DNA of 64,000 nt, taken from Callorhinchus milii. Lineage: Eukaryota. Location: assembly GCF_018977255.1 (NCBI RefSeq), contig NW_024704742.1, positions 65,164,001-65,228,000 on the forward strand, read 5' to 3'. The position numbers were made by a program, and so were the translations under genes. This document shows, one piece after another, positions 1 through 13,144 of the stretch. Within the stretch, counting starts at the first letter, position 1. Every line of letters starts with the position of its first letter. Below the pieces are notes generated by a model that saw nothing but the letters and a program-made list of their open reading frames with translations, was not told the origin of the DNA and did no database searches.

Positions 1-494
1 AGACCTATCATTGTGACCACATTTTCAGACATCTTCCTCCCTTCAACTATCTTTTCAAAGAGTCGGCATAAACACGATGGGCTGAATGGCCTCCTTCTGT
101 GCTGTATAATTCTAAAATTCTATGATCCCAGCGCCTGCTTCTTAGTCTGTTATGTAAAGCACTTTGAGATGTTTTTGTGACTTTTGACCTCACAGAGGTT
201 TATAAAAGTTTAAATGGTAGTGAAAAAGTAAACCCAGATCAACACTTTTTAGGGCAATTTCAGGACAGATACCAGGAAGTTTTTCTTTATGCATAGGGTA
301 ATCAATAACTGGATCAGGTTATCAGGAAAGGTGACAGGGCCAGGACACTGACTCCTTTAAAAAGCAGTTTGAAGGTGTGGTGGAAGCATGGTAGGTTGGA
401 AGGATCAGATCGGATGGGACAATGCGGCTTCTTTGGTTCAGATCCTACCTTTCACACCGTTTCCACTTTGCCTCTACAATCGGCTTCCCCTCCA

Positions 495-1540
495 GCCCCT
501 GCACCATTCCGTGCAGAGTCCTCGGTCCTCTCCTCTTCAAAATCTACATGCTCCTTCTTGGTGATATCAACCGCAGACATGGGGTCAACGTCCACATGTA
601 TGTGGAAGACACCCAACTCTATCTCTCTACCTCCACCATCGACTCCAGGACCACTGCTGTGCTGACAGAATGTCTGTTAGACATCAAGTCCTGGATGAGA
701 GCTAACTTTCTACAGTTGAACGTCAACAAGACCGAGGTTTTCCTGACCGAGGCTCACCTCCTCACATCAAGCGCTGACAGCATCACCATCTAAGGATGCA
801 CACTCCACCTTACTGAGCCTGTCCAGAATCTTGACGTCTTGTTTGACCATCAACTGTCCTTCCTACCCCACATCCTTACCATGACCTGCTCTGCCTTCCC
901 CCACCTCCGCAACATCACTCGGCTCTGCCACTGCCTTTCCCTCAGGCCGCCGAAACCCTCATCCAAACATTTACTACATCTAGGCTCGACTACGCCAACT
1001 CCTTGCTTTTTGGCCTTCCCAACATCTCCCTCCATAGATTGTAGATCATCCAGAACTCTGCAGCCCGTGTCCTCTCCTGCACCAGACTCTGTGAGCCCAT
1101 CACCCCCATCCTCGCCCGGCTCCATTGGCTCCCTAGCCCCCAGAGGATAGAGTTCAAAATCCTCGTCCTTGCATTCAAAGCCCTCCATGGCCTTGCTACT
1201 TCCTATCTCTGTGACCTGCTAATGCCATATCAACCTGTCCGCTCCCTCCGCTCAATGGGATCTGGCCTGCTCCACATCCTCCGTCTGGCCCGCCCCACCA
1301 TCAGTGGTTGGGCCTTCAGCCTCTCTGCCCCCATTCTTTGGAACTCCATCCCACAGTCCCTTCACTTCGCTCCCGCCCTTGCCTCCTTAAAGGCACATCT
1401 CAAGACCCTCCTCTTTGACCGCGCTCTCGGCTATCCCCTACCCCTACCCTCCCTGCTCTCCACCCCTCCTGATCCCAACCCCCAGCTCGGATCCAGCACT
1501 TTGGGATGTCCTCCTGACGCAAAGACTGCTTGTTGTTGCT
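495..1540 (+). mobile_element. L2-clade LINE, 5'-truncated and degenerate (RT C-terminal part and 3'UTR)
   Basis: Frameshifted peptide VLGPLLF.IY...HMYVEDTQLY (decayed YADD)...IKSWM..NFLQLN..KTE; tail gggatgtcctcc...(TTG)n. Confidence 0.92.
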
Positions 1541-2982
1541 CTTCTTCTAAATCCAGACTGTACTTGTGATCCGTGATCTTGTGAAAGCAGGAAGATAATT
1601 GGAGGAGGTGAAAGGAGAGGAAAGAAAGAATGGGTTATAAACAGCTACATAAACAGCAAAATGACCAATAATTCCACCTCTAAAGGCTAGCGCAGTCTTT
1701 ACCCATGAACATTATATCCCCAGAGGGTTCAACAGGCAGACTGAAACTAAATTATAGTGAAGAACAGCAGGTGGCAGGAAATGAAGGGATAACCTTTAGA
1801 TGGTAAAATAAAGACAACTGAAAGGATTTTATATGTGGAGTTGTTCCACAACAGAACCAAAATTATTTAAACTTTTCCTTTTCTAACAAAAAACAACATT
1901 TTCACTTTATGAACCATATATTTTAACAATGTATTTGTTGCGAATACAAGAAAAATAATAATCCTTGCATTTGATATATCATGTGTTTGAGATGTCTCAA
2001 AGCACTTCACAGAATATGCTATAAAGTGAATTGACTATATTTTGTGGATAAAACGTGGCAGCCAATTGAAGACCTTCCTTTTCGACCATGCCTACGGTCA
2101 TCTTCCCCTTCCCTCTGGCTTGGCCTTGGGCTTCACCATTGTTAAGTGCTCTGAGATGCAGCACGGCGTGGACCCCAGGAAAAGCGATCTGCCAATCGAC
2201 TAACAATCGGGTTCCTAACTTGCCCAAAATTTCGTCCCATCCAAAGTCAAGATTGTTAGAAGGAGAGCAGATCCCAGACCTTCATGAACAGTGGGGCTAG
2301 GTGCTTGGAGGGAGAGTGACACTGTCTCTCTTGAGATTAAGAATCCTAGGAATTACAAAAGGCGGAAGACATCGGGTAAACAAGCCTTGTGGTTGTTCAT
2401 TCATTGGAGCAAAGAGTAAACCTCTTTGTTTCTTCTATCCTAAACCTCAGTTCTTCCAGTACCAATCGTGGGTTTGTAACCAATAATAATCCTTGTACTT
2501 AATTTCATGTCAGAAGGATGTCTCAAAGCTCTTTACAAGATTTAAATAAAGTATAGCTACTGTGTATTTTGAAGGTGAATGCGACAGCCCATTTGCGCAC
2601 AGCAATGTCTCACAAACACCAATGAAGTAAGTGACCAATTTTATCTGGGGGGTTGTTGTCCAGGAGACTTGGAGAAACTCCCTTCTCTTTCCCAGTGATG
2701 CCATGGGCCGTCAACACTTCCCTGAATAGAAGGAACCTGGGTTTAATGTCTCATCTGAAAACTAGCACATTCAGCAATGCAGTTCTCCCCCACCACTGCA
2801 CTGGAGTGTCAGCCTCGATTAGAGCTTCTTTGTGGCCCTTTGTTGTTGATATAGCAAGCAGCAGGAATACATTTTCACTAACTGTTAAACCTTTCAGAAG
2901 TCCTTTACTAAACCCTCTTTCCCAATCTTCCCTGTTCCTATGTAAACACACCCAATTTCTGATACTTTGTTGGGAGTAAGCC

Positions 2983-3430
2983 TGACTCAGTTAGTAGCAC
3001 TCTTGTCTTGGAGTCAGAAGGTTCTACATTCAAATCTCATGTTGGGACATTGAAGTCATGATCAAGGCTCATGTTCTAGGCTCACACATCAGTTCAGTGC
3101 TGGGGTTGCACGACATTGTCAGCCGTGCCGACCTTAGGCTGAGATATTAAACCGAGGTCCCATCTGCCTATTCAGGTGAATGCTAAATATCCCAATGCAC
3201 TACTCAGTATGAGAAAAGAGTTTCTCCGGTGTACTGGCCAATAATCCCCAAATAAAATTGGTAGTTCACTTCTTGGCAGCTGTTTGCAGGACATTGCTAT
3301 GTGCAAATTGGCTGCCATTTTTGCCTACAAGATACAACAGTCACTAAACTCATGTTGGGACATTGAACTTTTACAGTAAATCCTGTGAAGTATGTCTCAA
3401 GTAAGTGATACTTTCTATCAAATGCAAGCC
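2983..3430 (+). mobile_element. Older Deu-domain SINE (SacSINE1/AmnSINE1-like)
   Basis: Central ttaaaccgaggtcccatctgcctattcaggtg...atcccaatgcacta resembles the Deu domain; related copies at about 2482-2815 (-), 17330-17620, 19205-19620, 42350-42650 and 43438-43722 (+). Confidence 0.75.
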
Positions 3431-4066
3431 TTAGTATTACTTATCCAGTGAATGTATTCTATACCATCTCCAGCGCTGGGATCCTCTTTCTGTAAATCAG
3501 TGCTGAGAAATGCATTTGAGTTACTCCTACCCATTGGGAGTTTCTATGCTCTTCCCTTGACAGCATATCTGGCTTCTCAGACAGGTCAGTGCCACTCCAT
3601 GTTCTGCTCTCGAATCAGCAAAGGGCGTGAGATGACACATCCACTCAGACTGGAAGAAAAATACAAAGTAATGTGTAGCATCTCAACCCATTTTCATTCT
3701 CACACATCTCACAGATGCTCATGTTAAGAGCCATGTAGACCGACAGGTGAAAATAGGCTTCCTTCTAGTTGTACTGATTGGAAACATAGCATGGTTCCTC
3801 AGAGTTCAAAGAAGCCGATAAAAATGGTTTTGTGCGAAATCTAAAATGAATATAAAGTTTCTTTTCATGGTTCAGAAGTAATATCGTACACAGGATTTTG
3901 CAGCCTTTGACAAATTAGCTGCTTGCACAAGTACACAGTCACTACTCTTGACAGTAATTAACCTGAAGCGTTTTGAAACCTTCTGATGCTACAGGCACTA
4001 TATCGATGCAAGAATTATTATAATTGTGTTAATTCGCAACATAGATATTAGGCAGAACACATCAAG

Positions 4067-4251
4067 CTATGGAGAGAGGAAAGTGAGTTAACATTTCAGG
4101 TTGATGACCTTTCTTCAGAACTGACCAAACATCATTGGTTTTGACTCGAGTTCTGACAAAAGGTCATCGACCTGAAACGTTAACTCACTTTCCGCTCTCC
4201 ATAGATGCTGCCTGATCTGCTGAGTGTTCCCAGCAACTGCTGTTTTTATTT
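4067..4251. mobile_element. Penelope-like element terminal remnant: fold-back with two opposed minimal hammerhead ribozyme cores
   Basis: Inverted arms 4067-4122 and 4149-4204; each arm reads AGTT-CTGAn(G/A)A-A-stemII-GAAA-(C/T)GTT-AACT; followed by gatgctgcctgatctgctgag. Confidence 0.7.
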
Positions 4252-4857
4252 GAAGTAGAAACCCAAACCTAGTATGCCGTTCATTGGCTGCCATGTACAG
4301 TATACATTATTATTTTCGTGTCTATAGCAGGACAGAAATACTATGAGAGGTGACCAAGGAGAGGAAGTTATATATATTAATATCAGACATTAAATGATTT
4401 GTTGCAAAGTCAGAGCAGGGATGTAGTCAGGCTCAGACCCACCCGTTCGTCTCCGGCCGACAAAGAAGCCGCGGCCATGTTGAGGCTTGAGCTCCAACCG
4501 TTGTCGTGCCCCCCCACGTACATCTCACCCCCCACCCACACACCCACCCACCCACACACACAGCCTCGCTTTGTTTTTTTTGGAGTCTGACACATGTGAA
4601 AACCCATCCCCATGTTTAAGAGTATTCAAACCAAGCTGAGGATTCCCTGCATCCCACCTACACATGGAAATCCCAGAGATAGATTGTTGGAATGGAATCC
4701 GCACTCTCTCCCTGGAGGGACACATCCTGCTTTAATAATTCCAGAAAATATTAGGCACAGGTTGGTACAAGCCAAGGCTATCTGGCAGGCATCTGCCTTC
4801 AGCATGATGAGCGGATCTTTACAGGACAGCACGTGACGTGCCAACCACCTTGATGTT

Positions 4858-5202
4858 TTCTCCCCTCCCCCACTCCTCCTCCCCATCTACTCTCCTCTCT
4901 CATCGCTCCCCTCCTCCTATCTTCTCTCCCTTCCCACACTCCTCCCCCTCCCTCCTCTCCCCTCCCCCAACCTCCTCCCCCCATCCTCTCCCCCACTTCC
5001 CCCTCTCCCCTTCACTCCTTCCCCCTACTCTCCTCTCCCCATTCCTCCTCTCCCCTCTCCTCCTTCCCCATCTCCTCTCCCCTCCCCTACTGCTCTTCCC
5101 CCCTCTCTCATTCCTCCTACCCCCTCCCCTTCCCCCACTCTTCCTCTCCCCGCCCCTTCTCCCCTCCTCCCCTCTCCTTTCCCCTACCCCACTCCTCCCC
5201 CC
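4858..5202. repeat. Polypyrimidine/polypurine low-complexity tract (CT-rich on +)
   Basis: About 345 nt almost entirely C and T; source of spurious Pro-rich and Gly/Arg-rich ORFs. Confidence 0.95.
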
Positions 5203-8200
5203 TGCCTGTCTATCATAAGTTGGTGTCCACACAAATTTCCAGTGGTAGCTCTGGCCTGAGTCAGGGAGAATGAAAGTCCACTTCAACTTTGGACAACGTC
5301 CAATATTATCAGCTTTCCAATGAGAAATGAAATCACTCACTATGAAAATCATTGTAATCACAGTCCCTTTGCCTCTTTCAAGGCACGTCTCAAGACGCTA
5401 CTCTTCAACTGCGCCTTGGGACACCCTGCTACCCTTACCCTCCCTGCCCTCCACTCCTTCTGATCCTAACCCCCTGCTTGGGTTCAAATCCCTGAATGTT
5501 CATCGCCTTGGGACATCTTCCTGACATGAAAGGCCCTATACAAATGTAGTTTGTTGTTGTTAGTCGATTGGCAAATCGCGTTCTAGGGGTTAATAATCCT
5601 TTTAAAAAGATAATTTTAAAAAATACTAATTTGGTCACTCAACCCTCAACTGTTTGTGAGACACTGCTGTGTGCAATTGGCTGCCGCTTTTTGCCCACAA
5701 AATATACAGTCAATTCACTTTACAGTATATTCTGTGAAGCACTTTGAGATGTCTCAACAATGTGATAAGATGCTATATCAAATCCAAGGATTATTATTAC
5801 GTGTGGTAGGAAAGTTTTGGGAAGATAGGTGCTTTGAAATACTATATTACATGTAACCTGGAGGAAAACTGCTGGAAGCTGTGAAGATGATGATGGAGTG
5901 AATATTTTTATTCACAGGGAAAAGTAGCAAAGAAAGATTAATGCTGGTGACATCTGCATTCAATAGGATTTGTCAATAGCCTGACCTAATCACTGAGTGA
6001 ACATATTATTCCTTTCCAATTCTCTTTCCTCCTCTCCTACAGGGGGTTGACTCGGGCTGACATTGGCCATTTTTTAATGTCTGTGTCTCGATAGCGTTTG
6101 CGAGCTTCTCAACCGTGGAATGCATTACATCCGAGTCTGATCCTGTCCTCACCTGTCACCCACATATGTGCATTTTCCAATTAAGAACAGGAACCATGGC
6201 TGATTTTCCCTTTCCTAGCTCAGGGGCATTGAGACCCGTGGTTGTGCCCCCTACAGAAAGAACAACATGCATTTATATAGCGCCCTTCACGTAGGGTAGT
6301 GTCCCTAAGCACTTGACAATGGAGGAGTCTGACCTAGCGTTGCACTGACTGAGTTCTGCTAACTCAGACCCGAAGCCTAAAATTTCACCTGGTCATAACC
6401 TTAAGATCATTGCCTTAAAATTTAAGATTGCGCAGAATATTGTAAAGTTTTTGAATTAATTTGAAACCGTTGTCTGCAGGGCTTTCTCAAGAATGGCAGA
6501 AAATTGGCTTTGAAGATTGAGATTGATTGATTATTTTACTGAATCTTAAATTTGAAGACAACATGACCTTACTGACCATCCTGCTGGTAGGTGGAGACGG
6601 CCCAATGAGAGCACAGGATAGGTTGATGGACAGGTTGACAGTTCGATGGGAGTATATACTCACTGCAGTCATTAAAAATTGCAAAAGTCACTGTTTCCAG
6701 GCCTCAATTTTCTTACAGTTTTAACTATATATCATTGGCCCAGACTCAAACGTTCAAAGTGACCAGGAGATCTTGGATGGTTTGAGCCACTTACACATTC
6801 AGTACCAATGTCATTCCTGATTCAGCCACTAAGAGATTATTTGGTACTGCTCCAAAACAGTGAAGGGAGCTATATAAACGCAAGTTATTATTGGTGGTTG
6901 TCCAATTAAGCTTTTTTGCAATTTCCCTCCTTCCTGTAATCCTACAGTCAGCAACTGAGCATCTATTGGAAATTTGGGTCCAAATTGAACTAAAGAATAA
7001 AGAGTTTCATAAACAATACACGTTCCTGTAAATTAGAATAATTCAGGGTTTTCACAGAACAAAAAAGACTGTTAAAGCAATCTTTTGGGAAATTGTTTTG
7101 AGAGTGCAATGTCATGGTCTAATGCAAATTAAACTTTTCTTTTCCCAAATTGGATGGATAGACTAGATGGTCAGAGACATTCCTATGACCAGCAATGATG
7201 GACTAATAAACTTCTCTTGCTTGAAACTTACATATATTACTATGTACATAGAGGCTGGGATTGAGATCTTGGTCTCCCCTAGGTTCCTGCCAAATATTCT
7301 GATATTGGCTGTAGTGGTTCCTGGTAATGGTGAGACTGTATGAGACAGAAGTAGCTTCTGTTTGAATAGAAGTTGAAGGTATCAACCTGGCAGTTTGTAG
7401 TATTCTTGGCACTGAGCCAGAAAGTTTGGGGTTCAAGCCCACCATTAGGCCTTTGCCACAATTGCTTGCAAATACAGTCGGTCTATTTCACAGTAAATCC
7501 TGTGAAGAGCTTTGAGACGTCTTTCCGACATGAAAATGCAAGGTTTATTATTTATTATTAGAATCTCATGGCACTATTTGAAAAAAAAGAGTTTCTTCCA
7601 GTGTCATGGCCAACAATTCAATCCCCCAGGTGTGTTTGCCTACAAATACACAGTCATTGTACTGCACAGTACACATCATGTCAAGCACTTTGTGACAATT
7701 TGACAACATGATAAGAGGCAATATCAAATGCAAAGATTATTATTATTTTAGTGTTTGATTTAGAAACTATCACCTAACCAAAATTTGCAGGTAAATAATC
7801 TTATTTCTCAAAAATGGCAGTTCAGTTTTTTGAGATGAAAAGCTCTCATTTTACTACGTGGTGAACATGGCTTTGAACAGATTCATTGAAGACAAAATAG
7901 ATATTGTCAAAACATCACTTTTATACAAAAACTGTAGCTGAAAACATAAATTACCTGCATTGAGAAAATTATGGTTTTCAATACTGGTATTATGCTATGT
8001 AATTAGTGAAAAGTGTATAACTAACAGAAAACTATCCTACATATTATATCGTGCAACCTTTTTATAATGCTTTCTCCATTTACTGTTTGTCGGTGGTCTA
8101 TTTGTCATGAAAGTGAATTGTGCTTGTGGCTCACTTCAATTCAAACTGCAAGATAACTATATCCAGTGTTCACAGCTTTGATAATATTAAATATTAAGAA

Positions 8201-10046
8201 AGGCACAACTAATACAGCCTCCTCTAACTATCCAAATGTCCTCTTGAATCTCTGGCAATTATGTCACCAGGGAAAAGCAATCAATGGATGGAATCAATTC
8301 CATGTGTTCCTAGTGTTTCACCGCAGCAACAACAACAACTTGCATTTCTATAGTGCCCCTCACGCAGGTTCCAGAGCGCCTGACACTGCGCTCCTCACGC
8401 AGGCCCCAGAGCGTCCACAGTGTCCCAGAGTACCTGACAGTGGTGAAGCAGGAGCATGATGCCGAGCTGGGGGGAAGTGACCATAGGCACGGTCGAAGAG
8501 AAAGTTCTTCTGTGTGTGGGACATTGCTGAGCACAAATGGGCTGCAGTGATTGCCTATAAATACATAGTCACTACACTTCACAGTAAAATCCTGTAACTC
8601 TAGATTAATAAATCTTGTGAATTGCTTTGAGACATCTTGACGACATAAGATACTTTATCAAATGCAAGGATTATTATTACCTAGGATAAAGGCTCCATAC
8701 AAACATTAGATCAGTGGCACAGAGATAGGATGTAGATTTAATAACTTAGATTGAATAAGATTCCACTTGAATGAGAACCAGTTCAAATTTATTGAATCAC
8801 TAGTTTAACAGTCACTTTTCTGACTCAAACCAATTCATACGAAATCCAGCCATATTTTAATAATAAGTCTGAGTCAGAAGGTTGTGGGTTCAAGCCCCAT
8901 TTTGTTACTTGGAACTCAAAGGGCCCATTCTTGGATACTGGACACTATTGCCTTATCTCATCTTCGAGACCTCTCAAAGCGCTTCACAAAATATACTGTA
9001 AAGTGAATTGACTGTATATTTTGTGGATGAAACGCAGTAGCAGTGTCCAACAAACAGTCATGGATTGAGTGACCAAATTATTATGGAGAGGGGGAAGAAA
9101 TTATTACCCCGGAAAAGCGATCCGCCGATCGACTAACTACTGGGTTCCTATTTACAGCTAAGGCAAACAGAGCTGTGTGGAGTAAGGGTATGTGAGGGAG
9201 TAAGCAGTGGGTGGAGATTTCTTGCAGAGTATAAATGCAGCCCGGACTTGTTGGGCTGAATAGCCGATTTCTGTGCTGTACATTCTGTGTAAATCTGTGA
9301 ATCTATGTGAATGTGAATGCCCTTCAGAGCCTTCTTAGTTTCAAAAGGTGCTCGTACTTTCAGCTGCACCAAGATCATTCCTCTCGAGAGACACACATTG
9401 ATTTCCTGGAGGTAAAAATGAAGCAGCTCAGCCTGGCCCAGAATGGACAATAAACATACCAGCATCTCATTTCACCATCTCCGTGCTTGGGAAGGTAAAA
9501 AATATCAATAACCGCACTACCTGAGCCTGATCGTATTCCAATTATAAATAGTTTAATTGATAACTTACTAAAAATAAGACACTATATTACACACAGCACG
9601 GACTGTAAAGGATGAAGTCAAATAAATAAAAGAAATGATGAATGTAGCAAAACAGCAGCAAACCAAAAAAAATCGCAATTGATTCTAAGATCTCAAATAC
9701 CAAGAGATTGGATCACATGTAGGTCATCTTGAAAAGTAATGAAACAAAGTTTCAAACAAAATAATGATGAAGATATCAATCCCTCTCCCGGCCACCCTCC
9801 CACCCAAAAATAAACTTGAACGCACAGGGTGGTGAGGATGTGGGACTCATTGCCGGAAGTTGTGGTTGAAGCAGAAACCATTGACGTATTTAAGAGGAAA
9901 CTCTTATACATACTTACAGGAGAAGGGAATAACATAGGGGATTAGATGGGTTGGAGGGGTAAAGAGAGGGGGTGAGGTGGGCTGGAGGGTTAAAAGAGAG
10001 GAGATTCTGTGGAGTACAAACCCTGGCATGGGAGAGTTCACTTGAA

Positions 10047-10203
10047 CAAAAACAGGTGTCCCTGGGAACACTTAGCAGGTCAGGCAGCATCTACGGAGGA
10101 AGGAAAGTGAGTCAACATTTCAGGTCCACGACCCTTTGTTTGAGTTCTGACGAAAGGTTGTGGACCCGAAATGATTTCCAGTATCCGCGGTATTTTGCGT
10201 TTT
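10047..10203. mobile_element. Second Penelope-like fold-back remnant with 13-bp target-site duplication
   Basis: Homologous to the 4.1 kb element; GAGTTCACTTGAA at 10034-10046 and 10204-10216; core gagttCTGACGAaaggttgtggacccGAAA at 10142-10171. Confidence 0.7.
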
Positions 10204-13144
10204 GAGTTCACTTGAATGTCTAGTTTCCATGCTGTAATATTCTGTGAATATCACGATTTAAACCCCCTTATTGATGGCGCTAGAAAGTCCTTCCTTGAGT
10301 TGTAGAACATCATTGCACACCCATCCCACAAAATCATTCAAATAAAGAATAGAATTTTATATGCAAACAAGTACCAATTTCACCAGATTAGAGGGTTTGG
10401 TGTACAGGCAGCAAATTATGATTTAGGAGAAATATGCTTTTAGGTTTGGATATGCTTACGCATGGCAATAAGTTTCCATATGTGTCAAACACCTGACTGA
10501 CCAAAAAAAAGCAAACATCAACACTGATACACTGTGTCAAAAGGCTCCAGGCATCAGATTTTGATGGTTCTATAAATCAATGCCATTTTGTGACCGTGTA
10601 CACATTTGTCATCACCATGAGAGGGAGCCCTAAACTAGACTTCTGAAAATTGAATTGAATGTATCAGCTCTTGAGCCCCTGACTTTTCCCACTATTGGAC
10701 TATAAATTTGATGGGTTGTCCTTAGACAAAGTAACAAGGTGACACTTGTCCTAGTGATTCAAAGGAAGTGTTCAGCAAACCTCTTCTTCGTTAACTTCAT
10801 CACCTTATGATTAAAAATACGCACATAGCTTCTCATGCAGAAGTCTCAAAACACTATTGTTCTGATCTGCTTCATAACTGAAATTGTGAATATATATTGA
10901 CGTGTGTAGGTAGAAGCCCAAGTTTAATTGCTGATTAGAAATGTTTTGGCCAGAAAAATGTCAAGTTGACTTGGGAGGTGATGCATGTTAACTCCAAATC
11001 AAACAAAACCGTGAAACTCATGGTCATACTTGGTGGGATACATAAGATTATAAACAGATAATAGAAATATTTAGATTTCTTTAGAACTTGGAATATAGTG
11101 TATATATGTGTCAGTATGTGGTGCCTCAGAGACGTTAAATGGGCATGTAGTGTCAGCTCAAAAAAGGGAGAACTGCACTGAATCTTGATTATTGCAGCTG
11201 AAGATTGAAGATGTTTTTCAAAAACAGTTCTGCAGTTTTATCAGATTGTAGCCTTTGTGCTCTACGTGAGATACTTGCTTCAAGGACATGAGAACAAACC
11301 AGCCAGTAAATTACTGTCAGGTGGGAGAAAGCGGTCAGATTTTGCTCCTGACTAGAAAGCCGATTGTAAAAGACGTGTGGCTGAACTATACTTTGTTCAG
11401 TCCAGGGGTGGTGCTGTCTACACAAGAGTCATCCCTCATCCAATTGGACACTGATTGTCCAGCGCCTTGGGACTTCCTCCCAATGTGAAAGGCACTATAC
11501 AAATGTAATGTTGTTGCTCTTCTTTTCATTAATTAATGACATAATTAAAGGCTCTTGTATTTTTCCTCTGTACTCATATTTACATATAATAGATCCCGAT
11601 GATGTCCAAAGGGCTGCAGAGACCTAAAATGGCAAGCAGTACATAGTCTGTGGCTTGAACAAAACGAGACATCATCAGTTCTTCAGAACTGCCGTAGTGG
11701 AACTTTGCACTATGGAAAAAAAAACACCAGCAATTTTGAAATAAACAAGGATAGGGGATCAGAAGACGGACAAACCGGGTTAATGCCATCATGCTGGTGA
11801 ATTGAGGTACAGTTGTCACAAATGAGGATGAGGTTGGAAGGAATCTATATGAAAAAAACACAATGCATTACACAACTGCAGGATTTACAGCCGAAGGTAT
11901 GTCCCAGACTGAAATGTTTTTATTTTTCACTTTTTTGCCACAAGTCAGTGTCCCTCTTTGTAATATTCAACGTTCCAAATGGCTCAAAGGTTAAGAGATC
12001 CAGAATATCATGAGCAGTGTAACATTTAACAATAATACAAATTATAAAAGCACACTCTATAAAGACTAAGAACCAAAAATGGAAAGGGGAGGGAGTCGTC
12101 AATCACAATACTTTTATCGTAATATTCTTTAAACAAATTGAACTTTATTTTTCCTTCTTTAAAAGATAATTCTAGATTTAAACACAAGTATACAAGTGAT
12201 TTTTCCCATTTCAACACAGTTGCATTTCACAATAAAATGTCAAATATCTGTTATTTCACAGAAAACGAGAAACCTTGCGGAGAAAATGAGGTATAGGAAC
12301 TTTGGTCAAGATGTGATATTTTAGATGTCAGTTAAATCGAAATGATTTTTTATTATTTATAAAAAAATTGACATTCCTGTCACAAGAGGAAAACCTGAAA
12401 CCATGCATATCTCTTCCTGACTTTGGAAAACATAAAATTCTGCATCTCAACCTTGTTCACGTGTAAGGCATATATACATTTCCTGAGTCGGAGAAGAGTA
12501 GTCAAGAGCTCTGCCATGTTCCTTGAGTAATCTTTTATTATTGTTGGTCATAGTAGTTAATTCACTACACATCAAACCGATTTCTACAACCTACATCCAC
12601 TCTACACGCAGAGCCACAACAAATGTACCATCTGGCATCTACTAGGGACTGAAATAGGAATTGCATCAAATGATGGCCTTCAGCATTAAATGAGCTAATG
12701 GTTTGCAGTAGATCTTGTCAACAGGTTTGCCTTAGAAATTTCTAAAGCAGGTTATATGTCGCCAATGCTCAACAAATGGAAGAACACTTTTAAAGTGCAT
12801 GGTCAGATGTGAGCACATCCCAGGACAAGGCATTTAAACACAAAGGTGTGAATCCTGTCACAGAGGGGAGTAAAATTAAAAAGATTCACACAAACACACA
12901 ATAAAATTAAATGTTTAGAATATGCTGGTGCTTGGTTTTGCTTTCCCTCCCCTTCCAGCTAGGACAAGACAATTCGATCGGCTTGGGCCAGTTATTGACA
13001 GATGGCAGCTCATGATGTGGGCACCCTGCAAACGCCAACAGCAGTCTCCAATAGGATGTCCAGTCATTGTAAAGCTGAAGAAACTAATGGATTCCAAAGT
13101 ATTTGACGTTTCATCAAAAACAAAAGTCTGGAAGAAGCTTGTAG

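Noticed and set aside
2225..2480. Possible solo LTR fragment (agtaaa signal, tgtaac end)
   Set aside because: No second copy, TSD or primer-binding site; unsupported.
4799..5361. Pro/Leu/Ser-rich and Gly/Arg/Glu-rich ORFs of 65-153 aa
   Set aside because: Translations of the CT-rich low-complexity tract.
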